The notes: a model not told the origin generated them from the letters alone. A DNA stretch of 64,000 bases from Longimicrobiales bacterium (GCA_965238005.1 OZ250165.1:736001-800000), one strand, 5' to 3'. Shown: positions 50,725 to 60,056, numbered from the stretch's first letter. Made by a program: numbers and translations.

Positions 50725-50805
50725 GTTTAGTGCACGGGAGCCAGCCTACGCAATGTGAAACATTGCGGTCTGGCCAAGGGGACGCTGCGCCCCCCTTGCA
50801 CCCCC
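50725..50805 (-). other. Second, inverted oriT-like site in element D
   Basis: On the minus strand: CGCAATGT-TTC-ACATTGCG hairpin, then TAGGCTGG/CTCCCGTGC, with a tail resembling 54166-54198. Confidence 0.55.
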
Positions 50806-50897
50806 AACTTCCCGGGCCGCTGCCGGGGCAGCGAGCGGTGGGTGCCGCCGTCGCGAACCGCGTCGCCGGTGCGCTCCCCGCGGACCGCCTCACCGTC

Positions 50898-51015
50898 ATG
50901 GCGGCCGCACGCACGCCGCCTACGAGGTCGCGGCGACCGACGATGGCGCGGAGGCGAACGTGGACCGTGCCTGCACGCGCCATTGAGCGCGAGCGGAGCC
51001 GCCTGGCCAGGCTCC
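50898..51015 (+). pseudogene. Decayed mobC relic
   Basis: RRRTWTVPARAIERERSRLARL versus RVRTWTVAHSEVERERTRELARL in mobC at 53817-54074. Confidence 0.6.
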
Positions 51016-51084
51016 ATCGGGCGCGACCGGACACGGCTCGCACGATGGGCGAGCACGCACCCCGCAGCGGAGCGCGGGCGTCCT

Positions 51085-51190
51085 TCGGGATCGAAGGGGC
51101 GGAGCCCCTCGCCAGCCCCTGCCGGGGACGCGCGAAGCGTGGCCCCAAAGGGTATGCTGGCTCTTGACCCTTAAGGGGTCATGAGCCAGC
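51085..51190. other. oriT-like site of element D plus hairpin
   Basis: Near-identical to 3180-3255 and 54120-54172. Confidence 0.6.
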
Positions 51191-51229
51191 CGTGGATCGG
51201 CCTCGGCTCGCGCCTCAACGGCTCGCGCC

Positions 51230-52465
51230 TCAGCGGCTGGGACCGGCCTCCGGGTCTCGACGCTCGGTGGCCAGATACGCGGCCCAATCGGCCATCAAGA
51301 TGCGCCTGCGCTCGAACAGATCCGAGCGAGCGTAGGCGGCCTCCACCTTGTTGCGGACCACGTGCGCCAACGCCGCCTCCATGACCGCATGGGGGGTGTC
51401 CGTGCATTCGGCCGCCCAGTCCCGGAACGACGACCGGAAGCCGTGCGGCACGGCCGCGATCGCGTTCTCCCGGACCAGTTGGCGCAGCTGCGGGTCGGCG
51501 AGTGGCCTCCCGCCCTCCCGGGCGAAGACCAACCGAGCGGCGCCATTGGCCAGCGTCCGCGCCTCGTCGAGAATCTCCAGCGCCCGGCGGCACAGGGGCA
51601 CCCGGTGCTCGCGCTTCGTCTTCATGCGCATGGCGGGAACCGTCCACACGCCCTCCACCGCGTCGATCTCCGGCCACTCGGCCCGCCGCACCTCGCCCCA
51701 CCTCGCCGCCGTCAGCAACAGGAACTCGAAGGCCAGCTTTACGACCGGCAGGGCGTCCGAGGACTGCACTGTCCCGAGAGCCGCCGCTACTTCGCGATGC
51801 GGCAACGCCCTCATGTGCCGCACCACGCGGTGCTGCGGGCCGAGCACCGATTGTACCCGGTCGCACGGGTTGTCGGTGCGGTACTCCATCGCCACCGCCC
51901 ACTCCAGCACCGAGCGCATGCGCTGATGCACGGACCGGGCCATGGCCATCTTCGCGTGCCAGATCGGAGCGAGGACCTCCAGAACATCGGCGGCCGTGAC
52001 CTCCGAGACGGGCATCTTGCCGATGCGCGGGAAGGCATGGCGCCTCAGGCTCGTCATCCAGTTGTGGGCATGTCGTTGGTTGCGCCAACCGGACCGCTTC
52101 TGCTCCAGGACGCGCTCGGCGGCTTCGGCGAAGCTCGGCATGCCCCGGGCGCGCCGTCTCTCGGCGAGCGGATCGCCGCCCTCGCGGGCCAGCCTGCGGT
52201 TCGCCCGCGCTTTTTCGCGGGCATCGGCGAGCGGGACCAGTTGGGCGCTGCCGAGCCCGAAGTCGCGCCGCCGCCCGCGAATGACGAGCCGCTGGACCCA
52301 GCTTCGGGCTCCGCTCGGCTGGACGTAGAGGTAGAGCCCGTGGCCGTCGCAGTATCTTCCGGGAGGCGCCGCGCGCACGAATGCGGCCGAGAGCGCCTTG
52401 TGGGGGTGGCGGCCTTTCGGCTTCGTTTCCCGTGGCGGATTCGGGGATTGGGTTACGTCATCCAT
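51230..52465 (-). CDS. int: P4-type tyrosine integrase (Int D)
   Basis: GRYCDGHGLYL, AARWGEVR, HGFRSSF, LAH, AAY; start MDDVTQ after GGAG. Confidence 0.95.
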   Translation of the reverse strand: MDDVTQSPNPPRETKPKGRHPHKALSAAFVRAAPPGRYCDGHGLYLYVQPSGARSWVQRLVIRGRRRDFGLGSAQLVPLADAREKARANRRLAREGGDPLAERRRARGMPSFAEAAERVLEQKRSGWRNQRHAHNWMTSLRRHAFPRIGKMPVSEVTAADVLEVLAPIWHAKMAMARSVHQRMRSVLEWAVAMEYRTDNPCDRVQSVLGPQHRVVRHMRALPHREVAAALGTVQSSDALPVVKLAFEFLLLTAARWGEVRRAEWPEIDAVEGVWTVPAMRMKTKREHRVPLCRRALEILDEARTLANGAARLVFAREGGRPLADPQLRQLVRENAIAAVPHGFRSSFRDWAAECTDTPHAVMEAALAHVVRNKVEAAYARSDLFERRRILMADWAAYLATERRDPEAGPSR

Positions 52466-52616
52466 TACTCCATAATATGGAGGATGAGGATGGATATCAA
52501 GGGACACCACGGGGAACACAGGGCGAGGATACATATGCATAACCCTATGTAATAACAACAGATACGAAACACCACCGGATGTCACGGGATTTCTATAGAC
52601 TCTTAGCAACTGTTGT

Positions 52617-53756
52617 CGGCGCAGCTATGGCGCCGGAGAATGGGGCCGGAACCGGGTGAGGGTCTTCCCCGATCCCAAGACCGGCTTGTACCAGATCGAG
52701 TGGCGAGAGAACGGGCGCAGGCTCACAAGGTCGCTGCAACACCGCGACTGGAGGCAGGCGAAGACGCAGGCGGACGAGTTCGCTGCGGGATTCGCCGGGC
52801 CGGAGCTGAACGGCAAGAAGAACGCCGAGCCCGAGCCGCTCACGCTGGGCACGCTTTTTGACATCTACGGTGAAGAGGTGACGCCCACCAAGGCCGAGCA
52901 GACACGGCGGCGCGACAGGACCGCGACGAGGATGTTCCTCCAGTTCTTCGGCAGGGACCGAGACCCGGCAACGCTCTCCCAGCGCGACTGGGACCGATTC
53001 ATCGGCGCGCGGCGCGCGGGAAGGATCGGCATCTCGGGCAAGCCCGTGTCCAACAGGACGATCGAGTGGGACCTGACGTTCCTGATGGCCGTGCTCAACT
53101 GGGCGGCGAGGTCGAAGGACGAAGGGGGCCGCCCGATGCTCGACAGGAATCCGCTGAAGGGCCTCAGGAAGCCCAGGGAGAAGAACCCCACCCGGGTCGT
53201 CCTCACCGAACAGGAGTACCAGGGGTTGTTGAGGGTGTCCCGGGAGGTGGACTGGCGGTTCCATGTCGCGCTCGTACTCGCGCATGAGACCGGGCACCGC
53301 ATCGGTGCCATCCGCAAGCTCCGGTGGTCCGATATCGACTTCGAGGGCGAAGCGGTGCGGTGGCGGGCGAAGCACGAGAAGACGGGCTACGAGCACACCA
53401 CGCCCGTGACCGACGAGGCGTTGGACGCTTTGGAGGAAGCGCGAGCGATGAGCGCCGGGACCGGGGACGGGCCGGTGCTGCCCGCCCCGACGGATGCCTC
53501 GCGGTGCGTGGGCCGGTCGCTGCCGAGCTTCTGGTGGCAGAGAGCCCAGACGCTCGCGGCGCTGGAACCGAAGCGGGGCCGAGGCTGGCACTCGCTGAGG
53601 CGGAAATTCGCGTCCGACCTCATGGACCATCCGCTCAAGGTGCTGTGCGAACTCGGAGGCTGGAAGACGGCCAAGACCGTCCTCCAGTGCTATCAGAGAG
53701 CCGACGAGGGACAGCTGAGACAGGCGCTCGCGGACCGCCGGAGAGTTCGGGCCTGA
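52617..53756 (+). CDS. Tyrosine recombinase Int E (5' end detached; internal GTG at 52656 possible)
   Basis: ETGHRIGAI, EKT, HSLRRKFA, LGGWK, QCY. Confidence 0.88.
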   Translation, partial: RRSYGAGEWGRNRVRVFPDPKTGLYQIEWRENGRRLTRSLQHRDWRQAKTQADEFAAGFAGPELNGKKNAEPEPLTLGTLFDIYGEEVTPTKAEQTRRRDRTATRMFLQFFGRDRDPATLSQRDWDRFIGARRAGRIGISGKPVSNRTIEWDLTFLMAVLNWAARSKDEGGRPMLDRNPLKGLRKPREKNPTRVVLTEQEYQGLLRVSREVDWRFHVALVLAHETGHRIGAIRKLRWSDIDFEGEAVRWRAKHEKTGYEHTTPVTDEALDALEEARAMSAGTGDGPVLPAPTDASRCVGRSLPSFWWQRAQTLAALEPKRGRGWHSLRRKFASDLMDHPLKVLCELGGWKTAKTVLQCYQRADEGQLRQALADRRRVRA

Positions 53757-53760
53757 TCCC

Positions 53761-53788
53761 AATCAGCGGGAATCAATCGGCGGGAATC
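53761..53788 (+). repeat. Tandem 14-bp repeat AATC(A/G)GCGGGAATC, probable arm-type sites
   Basis: Two copies directly after the Int E stop. Confidence 0.65.
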
Positions 53789-53816
53789 GCGCCAGCCGAA
53801 TCCGTAAGTTCAATGA

Positions 53817-54074
53817 TCACAACAAGATCCGCACGGGAATGTGCATGCTCGCCCAGCGGGCGATCTGGTTGAGGTTGTTGCCGAGACGCGCCAGCTCGCG
53901 GGTGCGCTCGCGCTCCACCTCGGAGTGCGCCACGGTCCAGGTGCGCACCCGGCCAACCGACCGGCGCACCAGATCCGACAGCGTCAAGCCCGCGGAGCGC
54001 GCCTTGGCGTGCCACTCGGCACGCTCCGCCTCGCTGGCGCGGATCTTCACCCGCACGGCGCGTCCAGCGCTCAT
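53817..54074 (-). CDS. mobC: MobC-family relaxosome accessory protein, probably 3'-truncated
   Basis: RHH-like N-terminus and LARLGNNLNQIARW motif; no relaxase follows. Confidence 0.85.
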   Translation of the reverse strand: MSAGRAVRVKIRASEAERAEWHAKARSAGLTLSDLVRRSVGRVRTWTVAHSEVERERTRELARLGNNLNQIARWASMHIPVRILL

Positions 54075-54094
54075 GACGCGCCGTCGCCGTTGGG

Positions 54095-54172
54095 GGGGTG
54101 AGAGGGGGCACAGCCCCCCGCCAGCCCCTGCCGGGGACCCGCGAAGCGTGGCCCCAAAGGGTAAGCTGGCTC
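54095..54172. other. oriT-like site upstream of mobC
   Basis: Hairpins + GGGTAAGCTGG/CTCT in the typical oriT-mobC position. Confidence 0.7.
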
Positions 54173-54249
54173 TCCCGTGCTAACGGCGAACTCGTCCGCC
54201 GACGCGGACGACCCGGAGACGGCCCCATCGGCGCGCTTTCCGGGGACCG

Positions 54250-54807
54250 TCACGGTCCGCGCGAACTCCATCCGGGTGCGGGCGACGGCCACGACCTGGC
54301 CCAGGCATCCTCGCCCCGGCTCTCCTCGATCCGCTCGCGGATCCACTCCTCGACCTCCGACTCGATCCAGCCCACGGCGCGCGATCCCAGCGAAACCGGC
54401 CGGGGGAACCGCCCCTGGTCCAGCCGCGCATAGATCGTGCTCCGCGACAGGCCTGTGCGGTCCTGCACCTCCGGCAGCCGCAGGAAGCGGGTCGGTGGGT
54501 TCGTTCTCTGTTCGATCGGTTGTTCGGTCATCTCTCTGCTCCTCCTCGTTCTCCTGGCCTGTGGTGAAGGCGTCCGGTGTCGAGCGGGGCGGGGCGGCGC
54601 GCGCGCGCCGCTCGAGTCCCCGTCGTACTCGGCCATGAATGCCAGAACCCGGTCCGCCGTCCTCAGCGACAGCGAGCGTCCACCATCGATCTGGCGCACC
54701 AGATTTGGGTCGCCCAGCGCCTTGATGCCGAACGTCGTCGGCCTCAGGCCCGTGCGCCGGAGGAACGCACTCAACCGCGAGCCGAACTGCTGCTCCAGCG
54801 TCTGCAT
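54250..54807 (-). CDS. HTH-AlpA fusion regulator
   Basis: Homologue of 29741-30232; RLPEVQDRTGLSRSTIY...FPRPVSLGSRAVGW. Confidence 0.85.
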   Translation of the reverse strand: MQTLEQQFGSRLSAFLRRTGLRPTTFGIKALGDPNLVRQIDGGRSLSLRTADRVLAFMAEYDGDSSGARAPPRPARHRTPSPQARRTRRSREMTEQPIEQRTNPPTRFLRLPEVQDRTGLSRSTIYARLDQGRFPRPVSLGSRAVGWIESEVEEWIRERIEESRGEDAWARSWPSPAPGWSSRGP

Positions 54808-54839
54808 GCCCGTAACGGTGAAGACCCGTTTGGAAGAAC

Positions 54840-54862
54840 GTCAACCCGTAGGAAATGTCCTA
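54840..54862 (-). promoter_or_regulatory. ICE-type promoter/operator
   Basis: rc TAGGACATTTCCTACGGGTTGAC. Confidence 0.6.
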
Positions 54863-55387
54863 AGTTCTTGCAGTGTATATCGATATCCAGTAATGACAGC
54901 AGCCTTTCCGATGCCTCCGCCAGCGGCGTGGCGAGCGCCCCCGCAGCGCTGGCCACCGACCCCGTCAAGCGTGTGGAACTCGACCGGGAGGTCGGCCCGG
55001 ACCGGGCCGGTCTGGAATCGTCCAGCCGGAGTGGCAGACTGCGAATGCGTGGTCTGAGTGCAGTCGTCGCGCCCCGCCGAAGCCGGGTGCGGAGGCGCGC
55101 GGCAGCCACGGTCCGGCGGACCGGGCCGATTCGCACCGAGGGGCTCACCGATCCTGGAAGGCGGGGATCCGCACGGCGGAGTGCCCCTCGGCGGCCCGGG
55201 GTCTGGAGGTTGCCGGAGAAAACGGGTGCGGAGTTCGAACCCTCTGCGCCCTCGTGCTCCGGTGCGCCCAGGAGGCGGTTCAGCGCGTCAAGGAGGGTAG
55301 GAAGGAGCCGCGCCTTGGAATCGGAGGGGGCTACGTCCGGGCGTCTCGGTATCGGATGCGAGAGCGCCCGGACCGTGACCACGACGG

Positions 55388-56059
55388 CTAGTGGAAGCGG
55401 ATGTCCCCGCGCAGCACTAGGGCCTCCTTCGCTGGCTGCGCTGCGTTGTCCATTCGGCCGAACTCCAAGCCGATGTCGAGCGACGGGCCGGAGTTGAGCC
55501 TGAGGCCGAAACGTTTCTGGCCGGTGGCGTCGGCGACGAGGTAGGGATACCAGAGAAGGCCGCCGCCGAGCCCGAAGCCGACCTCGGTGTCGGAGCGCCG
55601 AGGAGGGGCATGCCGCCCTGGCGTACGAGGCCTGCCGCGTTCTCGAGCGCCCACAGGCTCCGCACGCGGCTGGCCGCCGCGCCCGAGCTGTATCCGAGCC
55701 GCATCCGCAGGCCGCGACCGTCGGCACCGGGCTCGTAGACCAAGGAGCCGCCGTAGCCGCTTTCCTGGTAGGATTCGTCGGCGTAGGCGAGCAAGTATTC
55801 TCCCGCTGACTCTAAACGCCAGCACTCCACCGGCCCAGTCCAGACCGCATGCGCCCGCCACCGTCGGGATGCGCGCTCCGCGCCGCCGAAGCAAGTAGCC
55901 CCCCACCCGACCGCAAGGGGGGGGGCTGCCCACCAGGCCCGTCCAGTCGCCGGCCCCGGCACCGTCGCGTGCGTCGCGCCGCTCATCGGCCTCGGACCCT
56001 TCTTGTGATCGCGTGGGCCGCATGGTCCCGCCGCTACGCGCCCGAATCGCGCTAGCCAC
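55388..56059 (-). pseudogene. Frameshifted C-terminal outer-membrane beta-domain fragment
   Basis: Alternating beta-strand pattern over several frames (YQESGYGGSLVYEPG; EVGFGLG; LVLRGDIRF). Confidence 0.5.
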
Positions 56060-56076
56060 TCCCTTGGCCCATCGGG

Positions 56077-57297
56077 TCAGCCGGTGTCCCTTATAGTCCT
56101 GATCGCTTCGCCGTCCGCGATCGTCACCGGATTGCTCCAGACCGACATTGTACTCACCTCCCGGGCGCCGGTGATCTCCACCACTATCGTCTCGCCGTCG
56201 TCGTCAATCTCGTCGGCCATAAGCGCGACCCCCATCTTCTGGCTGGTGGTCCCGGGCTTGCAGAGGAGCATCACCTCGCCACTCGAACCGAAGTCCACGT
56301 CCGCAGTGGCCGTCCCCCTGATGGTGGTCCGCGCCAGCAATGTGACCGGGTGTATCGACGACTTCGACAGCGTGACCTCAAAGAGCATCACACCGTCGTC
56401 CTCGTTGGCGGTTGCGTCGGCGATGGAGACCGTGAGGTCCGGGCGACCCGGCTTGAGTGTGAGCGTTGCTCTTTGTGAGAGCATCCGCCCGTCCGGGGTG
56501 CATATCGCGCCCGTCGTGCTGCAAGCCCTGTTGGCCGGCAGGATGACCGTCACGTTGGCCCTATGCCGTTCGGGTTTGATGTCGAGCCTCCAACTGCTGG
56601 TCACCGAGCGGGCGCGGCCGTCAATCACTTCGGTACGCTTCCAGCACCGCTTCGCCGCCACCACCGTCCCGCCCGTGACGGTAAACACATGGTCGCGCAT
56701 CGTGCGCCACGATATGGCCGTCGGCTCGCTCAGATCGAGGTACATGCCGTAGCGGACTGCTCCAGATCGATCCGTGGTGCTCCTGACCTGCGTAAGCGTG
56801 GCCGTAAGGGGGGAAAACGCCAGCTTCATCGTCGCCCCCGTCTCGTCTACCGACGGCGTCCCCACCTCCAAGTCCGGAACGGTGACGGCGATCAGTTGCG
56901 TGGCAGCCAATCCACCTGGGTCCGTGGCCCTAACCATCACAGTCGCGCTACCGCGACTCACGGGGGTGAGCGTCAGACTGCTTGCCGAGACGCTGGCGGC
57001 TACGACGCCGATATCACCGGAGACGGCTGCATAAGCAAGCCTGTCGCCATCCGGGTCAGCAAAATGCGGACCCACGTCCAGCGTCGATGTCTCTCCATCG
57101 ACGGTCAATGCCTGCTGAGGGATCGATTCCATGGCGGCTGGAGGGCGGTTGGCCGCAGGCTCGATTGGCGTTGAGACCGACGAAGACGGACCGCCTTCGC
57201 AACCCAACATCTGAGAGAAGATAAGGAACGAAAGACAGTAGAAGTGCCAGATGCGACTGCACGCTCCCGGAGGCCGGGCTCTCACGGAGCTGGCCAC
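56077..57297 (-). CDS. Putative lipoprotein/adhesin with cadherin-like Ig and Calx-beta-like domains
   Basis: MLGC lipobox-like; NRPP...FADPDGD...VRATDPGGL; SIADATANE...GTATADVDF...DDGET. Confidence 0.7.
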   Translation of the reverse strand: MASSVRARPPGACSRIWHFYCLSFLIFSQMLGCEGGPSSSVSTPIEPAANRPPAAMESIPQQALTVDGETSTLDVGPHFADPDGDRLAYAAVSGDIGVVAASVSASSLTLTPVSRGSATVMVRATDPGGLAATQLIAVTVPDLEVGTPSVDETGATMKLAFSPLTATLTQVRSTTDRSGAVRYGMYLDLSEPTAISWRTMRDHVFTVTGGTVVAAKRCWKRTEVIDGRARSVTSSWRLDIKPERHRANVTVILPANRACSTTGAICTPDGRMLSQRATLTLKPGRPDLTVSIADATANEDDGVMLFEVTLSKSSIHPVTLLARTTIRGTATADVDFGSSGEVMLLCKPGTTSQKMGVALMADEIDDDGETIVVEITGAREVSTMSVWSNPVTIADGEAIRTIRDTG

Positions 57298-57442
57298 GTC
57301 AGCGGACGAAAAGCCACTCCGGGAGGCACTTCCGCAACTTCCCGGCTGTAGTGATCCACGACGGGCAGTTCACGCGCGCGACGCGAAGAGGAGATTTGAA
57401 GACATCCGTTTATAGCTCCCTTGAGCGGTAGTGTCCGCCCTT

Positions 57443-58486
57443 TTAGTGATGCCCCCCGATCGGCTCGAAGGACTTCTGCCATCCCAACGTCAGGATCCAG
57501 TCGGTCTGGAGCTGCGGCCCGTTCAGGCTCTGATAGATCGGCAGGCTCCACTCGACGGCCAACCGGTGCCCGCCCAGCACTCCCGCAGGGAACTGGAAGT
57601 TGAGGCCGAGCGGTAAGTCGATGCGCCTTCCTCCTCGAAGATCCTCGCGGACGGTCGGAACGACCATGGGGTTCATGAAGGCTTCGTCGTGTCCCGAGTA
57701 ATCGCCCCAAGTCTTGGCGCACAGTCGCACCGAGAGGCTGATGGGGTCGTGTGGCTTGACGGCATACCATACGGTCCCTTCCATCGACGTTCCCCTTGCG
57801 TAGCCGCGGCTGTTTTCGCCCAACCGGAAGTTTCCGAGGGCCTGCATGCCCCAGGATGTCCGCTCGGTCATACCAAGGAACGTGATTCCGGGAAGAAGGT
57901 CCCAGGTGCCGGATCCGAGCTGCATCGGATACGGCAGCTGCACGGGATTGCCGCCACTCATCGGGGTGACGTCCATCTGCTCGATCGAGCCGGTGGGTAT
58001 CGATACGGCGAGATTGAGGTGGGTGCGTGTTGATCCGGACTGCTTGAGTCCGACGAGGGCGCCGAGCCGAGTGTCGCCCAGTCCCGACGAAGTTGTCGTG
58101 AACTTCCCGCCCATCCGGGTCTCGTGATCCATGGAGTAGGAGTGCCAATTCCCCATGACCATCGTGGTGACCCTGTCGCTGGGCGCATACATCAATCCCG
58201 CCATGTGCATGGCCATCGGCATGTTCGTCGGCGACACCATGAAGTTCTTCAGGACATCCTGGGTCGTCACCTTGTCCGCGCCGGTGCGGTTCGCCGTCAT
58301 GGGCATGCTCATGAAACGATAGGAGAGCATGAACTCTCCCTTGGAGTGCATATGCTCGCCCATCACTCCAATGGGCGCGTGACCATCGGGCCGCGATGAA
58401 GTCCATTCGTACTGCGCCCGCAGCGGAAGCGCACTGCCCAACATCGCCAACACCACGAAAACCAGTTGCCTCATTCGAATTCTCAT
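57443..58486 (-). CDS. Met/His-rich outer-membrane beta-barrel 'transporter' (MetA-pathway/phenol-degradation-like family)
   Basis: Signal peptide; RPDGHAPIGVMGEHMH, SGLGD, PYPMQLGSGTWD, LNGPQL, GWQKSF. Confidence 0.8.
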   Translation of the reverse strand: MRIRMRQLVFVVLAMLGSALPLRAQYEWTSSRPDGHAPIGVMGEHMHSKGEFMLSYRFMSMPMTANRTGADKVTTQDVLKNFMVSPTNMPMAMHMAGLMYAPSDRVTTMVMGNWHSYSMDHETRMGGKFTTTSSGLGDTRLGALVGLKQSGSTRTHLNLAVSIPTGSIEQMDVTPMSGGNPVQLPYPMQLGSGTWDLLPGITFLGMTERTSWGMQALGNFRLGENSRGYARGTSMEGTVWYAVKPHDPISLSVRLCAKTWGDYSGHDEAFMNPMVVPTVREDLRGGRRIDLPLGLNFQFPAGVLGGHRLAVEWSLPIYQSLNGPQLQTDWILTLGWQKSFEPIGGHH

Positions 58487-58497
58487 CTGCCACCCTT

Positions 58498-58743
58498 TCA
58501 TCGCAGCGTCGTGGCAGGATCTTTCAGCAGGTGAAGATTGAGGCTCACAAGGCCACCTGTGAGCAGAAACCCTTCCAAGAGAATGTTCTGACGCCACGCC
58601 TCTTCCAGCGCGTCCAAGAGGTGGCCCCGAACTTCAAGCATCTTCGCTCGCGCTTCAAGTACCTCCGTGTACACTTCGCCGAGTGCTTGGTGGCAATCGA
58701 GGGCGAAGCCGGCAGCCCGGCGCAGGGAATCGATCCACGGCAT
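58498..58743 (-). CDS. Small hypothetical protein
   Basis: 81-aa helical ORF directly upstream of the transporter gene. Confidence 0.35.
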   Translation of the reverse strand: MPWIDSLRRAAGFALDCHQALGEVYTEVLEARAKMLEVRGHLLDALEEAWRQNILLEGFLLTGGLVSLNLHLLKDPATTLR

Positions 58744-59149
58744 GACCGAACGATTACGTCCGTTCGCGGCTGAGGAGAGCCAGCAAGATCCGCTTCATGT
58801 CGGCGGAAGGAATGGTGGGGATACCAGACTTTATAGATAGGTAACTCACTCATAATAAACGGCTTACAGCGCATGAGGACCTAGCCGTTCTGGCAGCAAG
58901 CCTATACGAATCTCGTGCGCTGGATCAGCGGAGCACGGGTGGCACCAATCACGGCAAGTAATCGTCTAAGTTCAACTGGGACTGCACGATCTGCCGCACT
59001 TGCCGCTTTGAGGACATCTGATTCCGCCGCACTGAAATAGCGGGGAAACGGTATCAAAAGGCGGGAGTCCCGGCTCCGCGCTGTTCAGTGTGGGCAATCC
59101 GCCAGCGGGTGTCAGCATGAGGTCCGGTGCCTATCCGCTCCGAGCGAAG

Positions 59150-59243
59150 CCGTCCGGGTTGGAGCGGAATCGGTGGACGGCTTGGCCTGGAACAGGTGGA
59201 CGGCTTGGCTCGGAATGAGTGGACGACTTCGTCGGAATAGGCA
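59150..59243 (-). mobile_element. IS21-family terminal region
   Basis: rc TGCCTATTCCG terminus and ~23-bp-periodic repeats AAGCCGTCCACC..TTCC. Confidence 0.65.
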
Positions 59244-59377
59244 AACTTGGCATAACCCGTCGCGGTAAACCCCGCCTGTTTCGATCCGCGCCCCCCGCGC
59301 GGGGCGGGGCGACGGCATCAAGGGGTTGAACGTCACGCTTATCAGCATAGCACCGGCCCCCGGGGGGGACCGGCGAC
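59244..59377 (-). CRISPR. Orphan type I-C-like mini-array (degenerate repeat, spacer, repeat, spacer)
   Basis: rc GTCGCCCCGCCCCGCGCGGGGGGCGCGGATCGAAAC at 59278-59313; a second GTCGCC hairpin copy is offset by 64 bp. Confidence 0.6.
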
Positions 59378-59399
59378 ATGAGAGAGAAACTGTGCCATT

Positions 59400-59620
59400 G
59401 ACCACACGGCCCTGAGCCTGCGGATCGAAGCCTTCGACAGCGGCGCCCCCTCACCGAGTAGGCCCCTGAGCGCCAGCTCGAAATCCCCCTCGGCCAACCC
59501 GTGTAGGTACAGCTCCGGTATCAACTCCCCTACCTCCTTCGTCCGTCTCGCAAACAGCGGCAACACCCGACTCTCGAAGCGTTCCTCCAGACCCCGTACC
59601 CGGGGGCGTCGCACTGTCAA
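59400..59620 (-). pseudogene. IS256 transposase internal fragment
   Basis: TVRRPRVRGLEERFESRVLPLFARRTKE...LYLHGLAEGDF. Confidence 0.85.
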
Positions 59621-59634
59621 CGACTGCCCCTGGT

Positions 59635-60056
59635 TCATTTTTCTCGGCGGTGATACCAGATACAGCCTACCAAGATCGGAAAATCGGGAGGCAGCCCAGC
59701 GAAGGGTTGGTACCATGGCGTATCATCCGAGATCCGGAGATGACCAGAGCACAGTGGGCGTAGCCGATGATTCGTGAAAGCGTATACGGTCGGCAAAACA
59801 TAGCCGAACGATTGACAGCCCATTTCTCTCATGTCCACGAACCCATCGTTGTTGTATAGCAGAAAATCCCACCGATCCTCCGAGGGGCTTCTGTCCTCAC
59901 GATAAGCAATGCTCTGGGCTACTGTCCAGCAGGTCCGATATTTAGGAGATCCTGACTGCCAAATCTGAGTTCCAAGCCGGGTCGACCTCTTGGCCGGAGA
60001 GGGTCGGCGCATAGAGGATCGTGAGCAAGGCGGCTAGTCTTATCATTTTGTGCCTC
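59635..60056 (-). pseudogene. Probable frameshifted secreted protein
   Basis: A signal-peptide ORF (MRHKMIRLAALLTIL...) stops at 59942 while a protein-like frame continues to 59635. Confidence 0.35.

Larger units (their letters stand above)
43875..52630. mobile_element. Integrative element D (8.76 kb) inserted in a recombinase gene
   Basis: Direct repeat CGGCGCAGCTA(C/T)GG at 43875-43888 and 52617-52630; integrase adjacent to the right end. Confidence 0.88.

Noticed and set aside
58900..59110. Possible riboswitch upstream of the metal-type transporter
   Set aside because: No cobalamin or other riboswitch consensus recognised.
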